Made by a program: the position numbers and the translations under genes. The notes under the pieces are model-generated. The model saw only the letters and a list, made by a program, of their open reading frames with translations, was not told the origin of the DNA and did no database searches. Source: Guillardia theta CCMP2712 (taxonomy: Eukaryota; Protista; Cryptophyta). Taken from it: a stretch of DNA of 64,000 nucleotides. The stretch is taken from the NCBI RefSeq assembly GCF_000315625.1, contig NW_005434668.1, forward strand, positions 66,852 to 130,851, written 5' to 3'. Below are positions 62,764 through 64,000 of the stretch, one piece after another (positions within the stretch are counted from its first letter, which is position 1; each line of letters opens with the position of its first letter).

Positions 62764-64000
62764 ATGCCCGCAACGAAACTTGCTCGCAAGTCACTCTCGA
62801 AAGCATCGAGCTCGTTTGAGAGCGAAGAAGAGACAAGCTGCGAGGACGAGGATAGCTCCTGTGACTCTGACTTGCTCCAGTACGAGCAAGACGATAGCAG
62901 GCAGGTTGATGACACATCACTAGAAGCTGCTGAGCAGGACGATCTCTACAATGGCAAGCACGTGTGGGAGGTAGATGTGGGTGAAACTTACAACAAGCTC
63001 AAGGAGGAGGTGGAGGACACGTTCGTACGCGGGAGCTCAGGCAGACTACCTCGTCCTCATCAGGCAGACTGTGTGACGAGGCTGATCATGGAGCTGCGGA
63101 TTGATCAGAGGAGGAGCAGGGGGCGACCAGTGAACTATCTCATCCAGCACGCTACAGGAACAGGAAAGAGTCTCACCATCTCCTCCCTCTGCCTCGCGCT
63201 GCTGCGGCTCCCTGACCAGGACTCTCCCTCCTCCTCCATCGTTGGATGGCTGCGAGCTGCGAGCTCCTCCCCCTCCCTCCCCTCCTCCACCTTCCACTAT
63301 ACGTTCGTCATCATCCTTACCGACAGACTTCAGCTGGACCGTCAGCTCGGGGATACGATCGAGCTCTTCCTCCAGAGCAACGGACATGGGCTGATCCGGT
63401 GCCGGACGACGGGAGAGCTGGCAGAAGCGATCCGGGACCCTTGGCACGGGGGGCCAAGAGCGATTCTGAGCACTATGCAGAAGTTTTCAGGGCTAGCAAA
63501 GACGCAGAGCAGGACGGTGGGGGAGGGGGAGGGGGAGGGAGGAGGGGAGGACATACTGCAGGTGCTGGTGAAACGGCACAGGGTAGCGATCATAGCAGAC
63601 GAGGCACATCGCTCTCACGGGCAGAGGACGAGCCTCGCCATGCACGAGATGTTGGGGGGCCGTCGGGCTCAGAGTCCGAGCATCAACTACTTCGGTTTCT
63701 CTGCTACCCCCTCGAGGACAGCACTCAAACTGTTTGGGAGGAGACGAGCTGGAGGAGGAGGAGGAGGTGGTGGTGGTGGTGGTGGTGGTGGTGGAGGAGG
63801 AGGAGGTGGTGGTGGAGGAGGAGGTGGAGGAGGGCTGGAGTACGCACCAGCTCACTGCTACAGCATGCAGGAGGCGATAGCCGATGGGCATGTGATGAAC
63901 CCGCTTGCAGACTACATGTGCGTGAAAATCAGCTCAGGGGCTGCGGAGAGGGAGAAGAGGCAGAAGGGCGGGAGAGCGGAGGAGAGGAGAAGTTCCAAGG
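62764..64000 (+). CDS. Type I restriction enzyme R subunit (HsdR)-like SF2 ATPase/translocase, partial (open to window end)
   Basis: Frame-1 ORF with no stop from 62764 to 64000: LPRPHQ, NYLIQHATGTGKS (Walker A, 63145-63171), IILTDRLQLDRQL, ILSTMQKF, IIADEAHRSHG (63598-63609), YFGFSATP..ALKLFG, HCYSMQEAIADG. Confidence 0.85.
   Translation, partial: MPATKLARKSLSKASSSFESEEETSCEDEDSSCDSDLLQYEQDDSRQVDDTSLEAAEQDDLYNGKHVWEVDVGETYNKLKEEVEDTFVRGSSGRLPRPHQADCVTRLIMELRIDQRRSRGRPVNYLIQHATGTGKSLTISSLCLALLRLPDQDSPSSSIVGWLRAASSSPSLPSSTFHYTFVIILTDRLQLDRQLGDTIELFLQSNGHGLIRCRTTGELAEAIRDPWHGGPRAILSTMQKFSGLAKTQSRTVGEGEGEGGGEDILQVLVKRHRVAIIADEAHRSHGQRTSLAMHEMLGGRRAQSPSINYFGFSATPSRTALKLFGRRRAGGGGGGGGGGGGGGGGGGGGGGGGGGGGLEYAPAHCYSMQEAIADGHVMNPLADYMCVKISSGAAEREKRQKGGRAEERRSSK

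Overview
Intron-rich eukaryotic nuclear DNA with short (~45-55 nt) introns, many microsatellites and one 100-N gap. Signal-peptide + 'A-F' transit leaders point to an alga with a complex red plastid. A cryptophyte such as Guillardia theta is my best guess (inference only). About 20 protein genes were reconstructed by hand-splicing: PDZ membrane protein, Pro-rich surface protein, small secreted peptide, F-box/LRR, plastid NAD(P)-binding Rossmann protein, LysM protein, WDR91, MED12, ankyrin-bromodomain-FN3 protein, EF-hand protein, PRH/HAT3.1-like PHD protein, CTP synthase, two ankyrin proteins, SnoaL/NTF2 protein, plastid CRKC thioredoxin, RAD51B, RNR large subunit and MOT1/BTAF1. Highlights: (1) an intronless type I restriction HsdR-like SF2 translocase ORF with no N-terminal nuclease, which runs off the right edge and is absent from the ORF track; (2) two unrelated genes (MOT1/BTAF1 with an extra SAM domain, and an ankyrin protein) whose signal-peptide leaders end in a ubiquitin-C-terminus mimic, (L/V)RLRGG, suggesting a DUB-like processing signal for periplastid/nucleomorph import; (3) canonical E2F sites upstream of RAD51B and RNR; (4) recurrent CCGG-rich and TACCCC/GGGTA-rich intergenic islands; (5) several GC-AG introns; (6) a decayed HNH-nuclease-like pseudogene. 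Exon boundaries are manual and approximate.
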